63,032 nucleotides of DNA from Deltaproteobacteria bacterium (lineage in GTDB: Bacteria; Desulfobacterota; GWC2-55-46; UBA9637; GWC2-42-11). The position numbers were made by a program, and so were the translations under genes. The DNA is taken from assembly GCA_016234925.1 (NCBI GenBank), contig JACRNI010000111.1:1-63032 (forward strand). Direction: 5' to 3'. This document shows positions 1 through 9,557 of this stretch, in pieces. Each line of letters opens with the position of its first letter. Positions within the stretch are counted from its first letter, which is position 1. The notes beneath the pieces are model-generated. The model saw nothing but the letters and a program-made list of their open reading frames with translations, was not told where the DNA came from and ran no database searches.

Positions 1-20
1 TCATAAGAAATAATGAGCAT
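1..20 (-). CDS. cas2: Cas2, first 6 codons only (gene runs off the left edge)
   Basis: ATG at 20..18, 5 nt after the cas1 stop. It reads MLIISY-, the usual Cas2 start pattern, and fits the canonical cas12a-cas4-cas1-cas2 order. Too short to be certain. Confidence 0.4.
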
Positions 21-25
21 AAAAT

Positions 26-991
26 CTACTCTTTTATTTTGAAAACAGGATATTGTTCTATCGGCTTCCCGCGCATAAAGCAGCGGTAATATTCCTGCAC
101 ATAACTGAACATATCCTCTTTATGCTCCAAAAGGCTTTGAATGAGCCAACGGGTATAATCCTTGTTTTTTTCTATTTTCAAAAAGTATTGTCCTTTCTGC
201 TCCCTGAAATCGTCTTTCTGCATCTGCTTTAATCCGTAAGCCCGCTTAATCTGTTTATCAATGACGCAGCGAAAGGGCTCTACTATGTCGCATACTAACG
301 ATTTTCGCTGATAAAAAGAGCGGTGATACACACCCTGATACAAATCAAAACCATACAGGTTCAGCATACATTCTGTAATATTGAAAAGGTAAGTATAACC
401 AATATCAAGCGTTGTGTTGATGATATCAATCTTTGTCCTCGGTCTGCGCCCCTTCCATTCCATATCGTCAAACCAATGGCTGAAATACAAACGGGATGCA
501 ATTCCTTCCAAACCCAGCAGCATTTGCAGGTCGGCGGCGGTTTCGGTTTGCCGCGCATATTCCCCCATTTGAGCGATCGCATCTTTTGCGCTTTGAGATT
601 TGCCGCGGATGCCTTTGAGCAGTTCTGTTTGATTGATGATTTTGTTGCGGACTAAATGCCGGGCAATAGCCAATTCATTATAACCATATTGCTTCCTGCG
701 CAATAAAAAATTACCTTCCGTTGCGCTGTTCCATAATCCGTAAGGCTTGCAATTGTGCGACAGCATATAAATGGAAAAACCGAACTTTTTGCTCCTTTCC
801 AAAATGCCCGATGTAATGCTTATGCTTCCCACAATCCACAACGAAAATATCTTGTGGCAGGTGGCTTGCAGCACGGTATTTTCTTCCTCGTCTTTGATAA
901 TGAGGTTATCGTTTTTGAATGATACTTTCTGCCCTTCTGAAGCAAAGCATATCACGATACTTTTTTCTCTGAAATCAGGCAAACTTAACAT
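26..991 (-). CDS. cas1: CRISPR-associated endonuclease Cas1
   Basis: 321-aa ORF with the Cas1 C-terminal signature GFDLYQGVYHRSFYQRKSLVCDIVEPFR. It overlaps cas4 by 7 nt and lies downstream of cas12a-cas4. Confidence 0.9.
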   Translation of the reverse strand: MLSLPDFREKSIVICFASEGQKVSFKNDNLIIKDEEENTVLQATCHKIFSLWIVGSISITSGILERSKKFGFSIYMLSHNCKPYGLWNSATEGNFLLRRKQYGYNELAIARHLVRNKIINQTELLKGIRGKSQSAKDAIAQMGEYARQTETAADLQMLLGLEGIASRLYFSHWFDDMEWKGRRPRTKIDIINTTLDIGYTYLFNITECMLNLYGFDLYQGVYHRSFYQRKSLVCDIVEPFRCVIDKQIKRAYGLKQMQKDDFREQKGQYFLKIEKNKDYTRWLIQSLLEHKEDMFSYVQEYYRCFMRGKPIEQYPVFKIKE

Positions 992-1545
992 AAACTATAA
1001 TCGCAAAGGTTTGAATAGATGCAGTTGCGGCATTTTGCCTCAACGGGAATAAAGCCTGCGGCATTCATATCAAAACTGTTGATTTGCTCAATCAGGTTTT
1101 CAAATTTTCGCTGCATTTCAGGATTTTCATGCGGCAGAGGTATCGGGTGATTTTTATTGTGCGTAATGTCATAAAGCGCAATGCTGTTTACCGCATAACC
1201 CATCTCTATAAGGGCATGATACTGCGCATACACCTGAAAAACATAGCCGTCATAAATGGTTTTGATTTGCCGCTTCCTTTCCGTGAGTTTTCCGCTGTCT
1301 ATATCAAATAAATCTACCTTGCCGCAAATTTTATACTGTTCGCAATAAATTTCCAGTCCCTGTAAAATGTTTTTGCGGGTGGAGTATGCTTTTTCGTCAA
1401 TAGAGGAATGTGCTGCCCTGCCTGCTATTTGCGGCTTTTGTTGATATATCTGCGTGTTGAAATTGCCATACAACTGGTGAAAGTAGATAGAGCGCGGGCA
1501 AAAAATAAAATCATTGAGAAAAGATATGGGAATATAAGTTTCCAT
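985..1545 (-). CDS. cas4: CRISPR-associated exonuclease Cas4 (RecB-like, Fe-S)
   Basis: 186 aa. N-terminal Cys (FCPRS) plus C-terminal CRNCIYSNLC give four cluster ligands. PD-(D/E)XK core at VDLFDIDSGKLTERKRQIK. Starts 3 nt after the cas12a stop. Confidence 0.85.
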   Translation of the reverse strand: METYIPISFLNDFIFCPRSIYFHQLYGNFNTQIYQQKPQIAGRAAHSSIDEKAYSTRKNILQGLEIYCEQYKICGKVDLFDIDSGKLTERKRQIKTIYDGYVFQVYAQYHALIEMGYAVNSIALYDITHNKNHPIPLPHENPEMQRKFENLIEQINSFDMNAAGFIPVEAKCRNCIYSNLCDYSLC

Positions 1546-1548
1546 TTT

Positions 1549-4500
1549 TCATTTTTTATTGTTCCGTTCTTGCACAAAATCATGCCATTCCTTATTGCTG
1601 ATGGCTAACTTCTTTTCGCCTGTTCTTATTTTTTGTAACTGTAACAACCCTTTCAATGCTATGTGATACGCTCCATTGGCATCTGCATCTTTCGGTTCGT
1701 TTTCTTTGGCATTTTCTGAATTAAAAAACACCCCTTCGTTATTTGCCACAGGAGAAAGAATAAAATCTCTACCTTTGCCATCGGTATATCGCATTTGCAG
1801 CACTAACCTTAAATAGAAAATAAGGTCTTTGAAAAACTGCGCATTATTGATAGACAAGATATTATTTTTTAAGTCATTGCCTTGATCATAATGTATTTTG
1901 TGTTGCTCTCTGTCCATCAGGCCTTGCAGGCATTTTGTCACATCAATCGGGTTATATGTTTTTGTAGCGGGCTGATATTGATAGCGTTCCTTGCCATAGG
2001 TGCAGATAGTCCATTCCCGGTCATTTTCCAGTTTTGCCTTTTCATCCGCTACAAAATTATTATACTTGGCTACAAACTCAAAATACTTTTTATCGGGATT
2101 GTAACGGATGGTTTCAAACTTGCCGAAAAACTCTTTTGCCTGTTTTTCATTCTCATATTTCGGGTAAAGGAGATTCACAAATCCTGTTGCAAAGTCAATC
2201 TTGCTTGTATTGGCGGCAGGGACATAAAAGATAAACCCTGTTTGTTTGCCCATATCTTTGAAACTTGTAAACGGCGCTGCCAATTGATAGGCATTCAAAA
2301 CACCGCCCGGAGCGGCAGCTTCACGGTCTTTAAACACGAGGTAATTGAGTTTATCAATCAGCATCTTCTCCAATTTCTGATATACCTGTCTTTCCACTTT
2401 CATACGCCCGCGTTTGAAGCCGAAGTTCAAATCTTCTAACACCACGATGGCATTGTGTTCAATCATCATACGGGCTATTTTGTGCACCACCTGCGACAGA
2501 TAGCCTTCTTTCAGTTCCTTGATTTTGCCGATGGCATCCCATGATTTGCGGGCTGCATCGCGGGCTTTTTCTTTTTCTACAAGGCTTGCCTGATAGTCTG
2601 TTTCATACTTTGTGCCATTATACTCGTTTTTGACTATATTAAATGAGTCCTGTTTCAATATCTCGCCCTTTGAATTTATGAGGGAATAATAAACCAAATG
2701 CCTTTCGCCGCGGTCAATGCCGATGATATTGATGTTGGGAAAATTTTCTTTGAGGGTTTCGTTTACAAGGTCATTGAACTTAAAAATATCGCCTGACTTA
2801 AAATTGAGTGTTATCGGCACATGAAAGTGATATTTATCTTTTGTGTATCGCTTATCTTTTACAATCTCATACTCAAAACGGCTTTGCTTTTTAGTATTAT
2901 TAGGGTTTTTATTGTCTATCGGTTTGTTTTTCCCATGGACAACTTTTGATTTTTCCAAAATGGATTGAGGGCGATAAAAAACCTCTGCCTCTCCATTGAG
3001 TTTAAACACGACATCTTTCAGGTTGGCATCATCAAATGCTGCTTTCCAATACAGTGTGTGCAAATTGGGCTTGCCTTTGCTGTGAGGCGAAAAATCTTTG
3101 TTGTAAATTTTAAACAGGAAAAGTTTGCCATCGGAGACTAATTGATGGATATATTTTGCAGAAATATTTTGAAAACTGATTTTATAACCCTGATGTTCTA
3201 CTTCTCTATAAAATCCGCTGATGTCTTGGTATGTTTCCGTTGGTGAAAACTGAAAACCAAACTGTTTCCAGTCTTCATGCTTCTTAATGGATGTTTTAAA
3301 GAAATCAATTAAAGCGTGGCAATCACTTAACGAAAAAATCTCTCCTTTCTTGTGGCTGCCTTTTTCATATTTCTCTATCAACTCCTTTGATGGATTGAAA
3401 TACTCAATCCACCTATCAGAGAAAATTACTTTAGGCAGCATCTTATTTGCGCCCGGAAGCAATTTATAATTCATCTTTTCATAAAAATCATTGTCAGATG
3501 ATGCTGGAATATCGTGAAAAACCTTGTTGTCTTTTTTATTCATAATTCCTAAATAATACAAACTATCTTTTCGGAAAATTACAGAAGTATTATCCGTTTC
3601 CTTATTTACATCCCAACCGCTAAGCAAAGAAACATTCTCAAAATTCAATTTGATTTTTTCGGTGGAGTAGGGCTTTTGCGTCAGGAAGTCGCGCACCTTA
3701 TTGTAAAGCGGGGTTACAGATTTCAACTCCTCAAACATTTCATCAAATTCACTGTAGAATGCGTCTTTGTCGGGCATCTCAGCCCCCTTCCTTTCAGGCG
3801 GAGCTACAAAAAACGGCTTTACAAAACGCAGGATATGCAGATAACTGTCAAGGTAATCCTTTATGACGGCAACGGTTTTTTTATCTTGTATCAGTTCGTT
3901 GTTGCTTTCATACGCTTTGTTTAATACCGATTGAACCGCTTCGTGCTTTTGCCGGAAGTGGGTTACTACATTCGCCTTTTCTTTTTTATCGTTTAATTCA
4001 ATGCTGATACTGAGTGAATTGAAATACTGAAGAATAGGGTTTGCCTGTTTCAAAAATTCTTCTCTCTTTTCTTTGTTTTCAATCTCGGTTTCCTGTAAAT
4101 ACGCCTTTAAAGCGGCTTCAATTTCTGCAATGCTGAAATAACTTTTTTTCTGCTGTTTCTCTTTTTCCTTTTTGGTGTTGTATGTTTTATCAATAAAAGC
4201 ATTTAAGGCGCTCGTGATTACCGAATAACTGCCGAAGATTTGCTGTGAAACGGCAGTGATAAAGGCATTCCTGATATAGATTTGAGAAAGGTCGCAATCT
4301 GTGGGATTTAGTTTTCTGCTGAACAAACTTTCAATCTCATTAATTACATTTTTCTTTTCGTTGTTCTTTATAAATCCGTTAATGCCTTCTTTGTAAAATT
4401 CCCAAATGCTTTTAATAAGTTCTTTTGCAGTTTCAAAGTTTTCAGGGAGAAAGGATGTGCTTACCCTATCGCTCAGGATTTGCTTATAAAGCGGAGCCAA

Positions 4501-5336
4501 CACAGGAGCATCCTTACTTTTCAAATTCTTCTTTTGTCTGAAGAGATTTATTTTCTCATTTATGCCTTGTATCTTGTTGCCTTTTTTATTGGTTTTACCG
4601 CCAAGAACGGCGTTGTATCGGTCAATACCGCTTTGTGTCAGACAATGGTTAAAATAAGCCAGAGAGAAAACATCCTGCAATTTATTGCCATCCAATTCAT
4701 CCTTCATTTGTGTTTCCACTTCCGAAAAGTCAATCTGGTGGTTTTCGCTTAGCCGTTGAAAGGTTTTCATGTTGCTGATAAACTTGGGAAGGTTCTCATG
4801 CACAATGCGGTAGGCGATGGCAGTGGCTTTTTCTTCAGCCGAATACATGTTTCTGCGGTTTTCATTAAACCCTCCAAAATAGGTTGTAAATCCCTTGAAC
4901 TTTAAAACTAACGCCGCATCGTCATTTCTGTCTTTGCTTTTCAAAAAAATCGGGACTATCTCTTCAATCAGTTTTTCTCATCCTTTATTGGATTATCTTT
5001 CAGCCATCCGGCAATTTCCTTGCGCAATTTTTCGCTGGCATTGCCCAATGCTTTAGTATCTCTTTCTTTGGCAGGTTTGGCTAACAGCGCAGTAAATTCG
5101 TCATAATATGTTTGCAGGTTTTCCAGTTGTTTGCCGGATAATGCCTGTTCTATAAAATCCTTATGATATTCGTCAATGAGTTTCTTTGCTTTCTTGTAAT
5201 CATCGGCTCTCTTTTTATCTTTTTCCAGCAGGCCTTTTTCTTTGATGAATTTTTCGGTTTCCCCCTGCGACACCAATTCAAACCGCAGGGTTTTGGAAAG
5301 AGAGTATCGCTTTGTAAACTTATCAAAATTTTTCAT
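1549..5336 (-). pseudogene. cas12a: Cas12a (Cpf1) type V-A effector, reading frame broken once near codon 122
   Basis: The N-terminal ORF 4968..5336 (MKNFDKFTKRYSLSKTLRFEL...) and the 1131-aa ORF 1549..4944 together match Cas12a end to end. Supporting motifs: FKGFTTYFGGFNENR, KLNFEN..LLSGWD, and RuvC-I IGIDRGERHL, RuvC-II VVLEDLNFGFK, RuvC-III DADANGAYHIALKG, all intact. AAGGAGG lies 8 nt before the ATG at 5336. The two frames differ by 1 nt at the A5 run 4972..4976. Confidence 0.9.
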
Positions 5337-5449
5337 AACTTGTGTCCTCCTTATAAATACATTCTAATTAAAAATACTTTTATGTCAATCTATAATAATA
5401 AAGGCAATGAGTAAACTCCGCAGGTAAATCCCCAGCGGGGATACCTATT

Positions 5450-5481
5450 AAGCCTCTGTGCAAACAGGGGCTTTTTATTTT
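5450..5481 (+). terminator. Orphan intrinsic-terminator-like hairpin plus T tract
   Basis: aagcctctg-tgcaaa-caggggctt followed by tttttattttg on the + strand. No + strand CDS lies upstream, because cas12a is divergent. Confidence 0.3.
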
Positions 5482-5590
5482 GTGGAAATTATAGGCAATC
5501 TGAAGTAGATTACAAGAGAATAATAATAAGGCGGACAGCATACTTGATGGCAATCTCCCCTCCCCTCACTTTTTATGGAATATTTAGCAG

Positions 5591-6496
5591 GTGTTTATAA
5601 TGAGTTCCATTCTAAACCATATGCTTAAGACAGGCATTCTGCTCATATTTTTATTTCTTGCATCCCCTCTGTTTGCCGCTGAACCAGAGATTGTAAAACT
5701 TCGTGAAAATGTGTATGCCTTTATCGGCGCTGATGGAGCGGCGAATTCAGGCTTTATTGTTACAAATGAAGGCGTTGTTGTGATTGACACGCAGGGTCCA
5801 AAGGAATTGTCCCTTGTTCTCAAGAAAAAGATAAAGGAAATCACGCAGCAGCCTGTAATATATGTGATAAATACGCACTATCACGGCGACCATACATTTG
5901 GAAATCAATATTTTAAGGAAGCCAAAGAAATTATCAGCCACGAGAACACAAAGAAAAATCTGGTTGAAAAGGAAAAGCAGCACAGAGAGCAGTTTAAAAG
6001 GTTTTTTAACGAGAAATCTCTTGATGAATTTGAATTGACGCTTCCCACAAAGACATTTGCGAACACCCTTTCCATGCGGGTTGGAAGCGTTTCGTTTGAA
6101 CTGGTTTATCTTGGAATCGGACATACAGACGGAGATATAATCGTATATCTGCCAACAGAAAGGCTCGTATTTGCAGGTGATTTGTTATATACAGGGCGGC
6201 TTCCGTGGGTTCAGGACGGCAATATAAAAAATTGGCAAGAGGCTTTGAAAAAGATTGAATGGTTTGAGGCAGACACATATGTGCCGGGACACGGCAAGGC
6301 TGCGGATAAAAAGGGATTAAAGAAATTCAGGAAATATTTTGATGACCTTACGGATGAGGTCTCAAAAATGAAAAAACAGGGCAAAAATCTTGATGAAGTC
6401 ATAAAAACCATAAGCCTGCCAAGATATAAAAACTGGTCAAAGTATAGCGAATGGCTTGGACTAAATGCAAAAAAGGTTTTTGAAGAGATGGATTAG
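5591..6496 (+). CDS. Secreted metallo-beta-lactamase-fold hydrolase
   Basis: Signal peptide (LLIFLFLASPLFAAEP), HYHGDH zinc motif, then GHTDGD and PGHG. The start may be the ATG at 5600 rather than the GTG at 5591. Confidence 0.8.
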   Translation: MFIMSSILNHMLKTGILLIFLFLASPLFAAEPEIVKLRENVYAFIGADGAANSGFIVTNEGVVVIDTQGPKELSLVLKKKIKEITQQPVIYVINTHYHGDHTFGNQYFKEAKEIISHENTKKNLVEKEKQHREQFKRFFNEKSLDEFELTLPTKTFANTLSMRVGSVSFELVYLGIGHTDGDIIVYLPTERLVFAGDLLYTGRLPWVQDGNIKNWQEALKKIEWFEADTYVPGHGKAADKKGLKKFRKYFDDLTDEVSKMKKQGKNLDEVIKTISLPRYKNWSKYSEWLGLNAKKVFEEMD

Positions 6497-6668
6497 CAGA
6501 AACAGGTCTTTAGACCTGTTATTCAACACGGCTAAAGCCGTGTTTCTACTTTATTGCCTGCGTACTTTATTGCCTGCGAAATAACGCAACCTAAAGGTTG
6601 CGGCTACATGCCTGCGTATCATCCTTGCGGTAGCCTGCGTAAATACGCAACCTAAAGGTTGCGGCTAC
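6496..6668 (+). repeat. REP cluster: one gcag...ctac double-hairpin unit (6496..6549) plus a degenerate REP doublet (6551..6607, 6630..6668)
   Basis: Hairpins aacaggtc-ttta-gacctgtt, cacggc-taaa-gccgtg and cgcaacc-taaa-ggttgcg (twice). The inter-unit linker atgcctgcgtatcatccttgcg is also found at the 8.8 and 9.4 kb doublets. Confidence 0.85.
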
Positions 6669-8790
6669 CCGTTGCTACTGCATTCAAAAACGCCTCCGCC
6701 ACCTTCGGGTCAAACTGGGTTCCTGAACATCTCTTTATCTCTGCAATAATCTCATCCATTGCCCTACCCTTTCTGTATGGCCTGTCTGCGGCCATTGCAT
6801 CTACTGTATCCGCAACCCCTAATATTCTTGCTAACAAGGGAATTTCATCGCCTTTTATCCCGTCAGGATAACCTGTGCCATCATAAAATTCGTGGTGATG
6901 TTTTATTGCAGGGATAATATCCTTCAATAGTTTTATGGGCGAAAGGATTTCTGCGCCTTTTATAGTGTGCTGCTTCATTACGCTAATCTCCTCATCTGTC
7001 AACTTGCCTGGTTTATTAAGGATTGTCTCATATGTTCCAATCTTTCCTATGTCATGTAAAAGTCCTGCAATCTCAAGCCGCTTTAAAGTCTTTTCATCAA
7101 GTTCTATCGCCATGCCAATCAGCATGGCGATTTCAGTAACCCTTGCAGAATGTCCTGCAGTCCATTTAGATTTTGCGTCTATTGCCTCGGAAAGCGTCTT
7201 GATTGTTCCAAAAAATAAATCCTCAAGGTCGCTTACAAGCCTTGTATTTTCCAGCGCCACGCCTATCTGGGACGCAATTTTTTCTAAGGTTGCAAGGTCT
7301 TCAGGGGTAAATGCGGACGCCCTTTTTGCGCCGACAGTCAATATGCCGATAATCTCTTCTTTTACAATCAAAGGGACCCTTATATGAGATAAAAACCCTT
7401 CTTTTAAAAGCCCTGCCTCAACTGGAAGGAGTTCTTTAACATCCATTGCATTGGCAAGATATTCTGGCATCCTTGTTTTTATAATTTCTCCTGCGCTTGT
7501 ATCTTTAAATGCTGCAAATCCTATTTTGGGAAGGAATGTTGTGCCGACTCCAGCCTTCCATGTAAAGCCCTGCCTCTCCTTATCCACAAGGTCAACCGTT
7601 GCCCTGTCGCATGGAATAATCCTTGAAATCATTCTGGTAACAGTCTCCAATATCTCCTGCGACTCAAGTGTTGAGAGTATGCTCCTGTCTATCTCGTGCA
7701 TTACTTGTATGGTTTCTATCTTATGAGAGAGTTCCATTGCCTTGTCAACAGACTCCTTATAAAGCCTTGCCTGTTCAAGGGCTGTAGAGACCTGATGAGA
7801 TATGCCCTGCATGAGTTTTTTATCCCTGTCTGTAAATTCTTTTGCGGTTTTATATACGGCTATAATCAGACCAAGATAATCTGTTTTGCAGATAAGCGGG
7901 ATGACAGCGAGGGTGGTAGCCGCAGGCTTTATGCCTGCGCCAATCGCACCCATGAAGGGTGCGGCTACAAATCTTCCATCCCCTTCAATAATAATCGCCT
8001 CCTTCCCCTCCATTGCCTTTTTAACAAACTCCGCCTTCACATCCATCGGCTCTGTTCTGAAAATCGGAATGAACTCATGCGCCAAACCATAGCACTGGCT
8101 TGGCGCAAATGCCTTTGTCTCTTTATCCCATAAATACGACAGGCATACATCGCACTGCATAATCTTATGTCCGCAAAGCATGACCTGTCCCATTAGTTTG
8201 TCAATATCTGTTATATGGGCAGTTGTATCGGCAATCATCAGGAGATGACTTGTGATTTCCATCTCCTGCCTTATCTTTTCCGCAGCCCTCTTTGCCCCTG
8301 TTATATCCTCCATGATATGAATTGAATATAGAAGTTTCTTATCAATATCCTTTATGGGATAAAATCGGACATTGAATATTCTGTTTGTAACAGGGCAGGA
8401 ATACTCCTCCTCCTCCTCCTCCTCCTGCAATTCTAATGCCTTTTGGCACATCGTGAATGGCTTTTCCATCTTTGGAAAGACCTTATAATACGGCTTGCCA
8501 ATGAAGTGATTGAAGGTCATGCCTGCCGCCTCTGCATAGGCCTTGTTGCACCTTACGATTTTAAACTCTTTGTCATGGATGAAAAGAGGGTCGGAGATGG
8601 CGTCAAATGTCGCCTCCCATTCATTTTTTGCCCTCTCAACTTGAGCAGTAGAAATATTTAAGTCCTCAAGCATCAAGAGTGTTGCGCGACGGGATTCCTC
8701 AATTTCCTTTTCACGAACCTTTGCCTTCTCAAGTTCGGACTTGAGTCTGTCAATCTCGGCTTGTAATTCGGTTATAAGGTCTTTATTCAT
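6652..8790 (-). CDS. PAS-GAF-GAF-HD-GYP signalling protein (putative c-di-GMP phosphodiesterase)
   Basis: 712 aa. N-terminal coiled coil, PAS region, two GAF-like regions, and a C-terminal HD-GYP domain (LLHDIGK ... HHHEFYDGTGYPDG). The stop codon lies inside the REP at 6630..6668. Confidence 0.85.
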   Translation of the reverse strand: MNKDLITELQAEIDRLKSELEKAKVREKEIEESRRATLLMLEDLNISTAQVERAKNEWEATFDAISDPLFIHDKEFKIVRCNKAYAEAAGMTFNHFIGKPYYKVFPKMEKPFTMCQKALELQEEEEEEEYSCPVTNRIFNVRFYPIKDIDKKLLYSIHIMEDITGAKRAAEKIRQEMEITSHLLMIADTTAHITDIDKLMGQVMLCGHKIMQCDVCLSYLWDKETKAFAPSQCYGLAHEFIPIFRTEPMDVKAEFVKKAMEGKEAIIIEGDGRFVAAPFMGAIGAGIKPAATTLAVIPLICKTDYLGLIIAVYKTAKEFTDRDKKLMQGISHQVSTALEQARLYKESVDKAMELSHKIETIQVMHEIDRSILSTLESQEILETVTRMISRIIPCDRATVDLVDKERQGFTWKAGVGTTFLPKIGFAAFKDTSAGEIIKTRMPEYLANAMDVKELLPVEAGLLKEGFLSHIRVPLIVKEEIIGILTVGAKRASAFTPEDLATLEKIASQIGVALENTRLVSDLEDLFFGTIKTLSEAIDAKSKWTAGHSARVTEIAMLIGMAIELDEKTLKRLEIAGLLHDIGKIGTYETILNKPGKLTDEEISVMKQHTIKGAEILSPIKLLKDIIPAIKHHHEFYDGTGYPDGIKGDEIPLLARILGVADTVDAMAADRPYRKGRAMDEIIAEIKRCSGTQFDPKVAEAFLNAVATGSRNL
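7916..7968 (+). repeat. REP unit embedded in frame inside the HD-GYP protein CDS
   Basis: gtagccgcaggctttatgcctgcgccaatcgcacccatgaagggtgcggctac has the same architecture as the intergenic units. It is translated as AAPFMGAIGAGIKPAAT. Confidence 0.8.
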
Positions 8791-8802
8791 TTCTTTTATT
8801 TT

Positions 8803-8931
8803 GCAGCCGCAGGCTTTAGCCTGCGTTTCTACGCACCCATAAAGGGTGCGGCTACATGCCTACGCTTCGTCCCTGAGGGTAGCCGCAGGCTTTAGCCTGC
8901 GTTTCTACGCACCCATAAAGGGTGCGGCTAC
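8803..8931 (+). repeat. REP doublet (units 8803..8855 and 8879..8931) flanking the RAYT gene
   Basis: Two 53-nt copies of g(c/t)agccgcaggctttagcctgcgtttctacgcacccataaagggtgcggctac, separated by a 23-nt linker. Confidence 0.9.
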
Positions 8932-8943
8932 AACTATGATACG

Positions 8944-9417
8944 CTACCATTTGTTTAAATCGTGTATTGTCGAACCCTTTAACTTATACTCTTTCCAATT
9001 ACTAACTAATCCCTTTCTTACAGGATTATCCAAGATATAATATGCCTGCTTCTTGATGTCTTCATCTTCACGCAAAATGTGGTCATAAAAATCCTTTTGC
9101 CATCTGACATTTGGAATATTCTTGGAAAACCAGTAACCGCTTCTCTGCTTAAAGTCCTTCATAAATGCCAAAAGATTAGAGTTGTCAGTATTGCCCTGAA
9201 TCAAAAGATGGCAGTGGTCAGGCATAAAAAGGAAGACATGCGCATCGCAGTTCCATTTCTTGAGAGAATTGAAAAGCATCTGTGAGAGCGGCTGATAAAT
9301 AGTCATTTCATTGAGAACCGGTCTTCTTTCTGCAATGCAGGCTGTAAAAGAAACTATGATGCTGCCTTTGTATAACGATGGCGACAGCCTGTGTTTATGT
9401 TCACATATTTTAACCAT
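8944..9417 (-). CDS. REP-associated tyrosine transposase (RAYT; IS200/IS605-type Y1 HUH transposase)
   Basis: HUH motif in FLFMPDHCHLLIQG. Catalytic-Tyr helix in QAYYILDNPVRKGLV. Family-typical VRWQKDFYDHILR. The likely start is ATG 9417 (MVKICEHK); the longer ORF to 9453 only translates the REP (MRRLKPAATKWT). Confidence 0.85.
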   Translation of the reverse strand: MVKICEHKHRLSPSLYKGSIIVSFTACIAERRPVLNEMTIYQPLSQMLFNSLKKWNCDAHVFLFMPDHCHLLIQGNTDNSNLLAFMKDFKQRSGYWFSKNIPNVRWQKDFYDHILREDEDIKKQAYYILDNPVRKGLVSNWKEYKLKGSTIHDLNKW

Positions 9418-9427
9418 TGTCCATTTG

Positions 9428-9557
9428 GTAGCCGCAGGCTTTAGCCTGCGCATTAACGCAACCTAAAGGTTGCGGCTACATGCCTGCGTTTCGTCCTTGC
9501 TTGCGGTAGCCGCAGGCTTTAGCCTGCGTAAACACGCAACCTAAAGGTTGCGGCTAC
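9428..9557 (+). repeat. REP doublet (units 9428..9479 and 9506..9557) flanking the RAYT gene
   Basis: Two 52-nt copies of gtagccgcaggctttagcctgcg-N7-cgcaacctaaaggttgcggctac with a 26-nt linker homologous to the linkers at 6.6 and 8.86 kb. Confidence 0.9.

Noticed and set aside
1882-2439. Long + strand shadow ORFs inside minus-strand genes, for example 1882..2439, 6935..7387, 7696..8133, 17962..18564, 20426..20908 (-), 22249..22629, 31757..32188, 39474..39887 and 50039..50485.
   Set aside because: They fully overlap much longer ORFs that have clear family signatures. Their composition is typical of antisense frames.
5497-5511. Hairpin aatct-gaagt-agatt containing GTAGAT, reminiscent of the Cas12a crRNA 3' handle.
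   Set aside because: It is a single copy on the strand opposite the cas genes. The stem register differs from the canonical TCTAC-loop-GTAGA. No upstream repeat body or second copy exists.
8846-9040. ORFs 8846..9040 (+), 53073..53411 (+), 54289..54558 (+) and 53516..53716 (-), containing KGAAT, GFMPA or STQPT-type peptides.
   Set aside because: They are read-throughs of REP units and lack any domain. The only real coding signal in 53516..53716 is the toxin remnant at its 5' end.
8803-9557. 53-nt repeats separated by 23-26-nt 'spacers', sitting near a cas operon, looked like mini CRISPR arrays.
   Set aside because: Each locus has only two units. The 'spacers' are homologous between loci (atgcctgcg-t-tcgtcc-tgcg). 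The units have REP double-hairpin architecture with GTAG ends and flank a RAYT gene. There is no resemblance to a Cas12a repeat.
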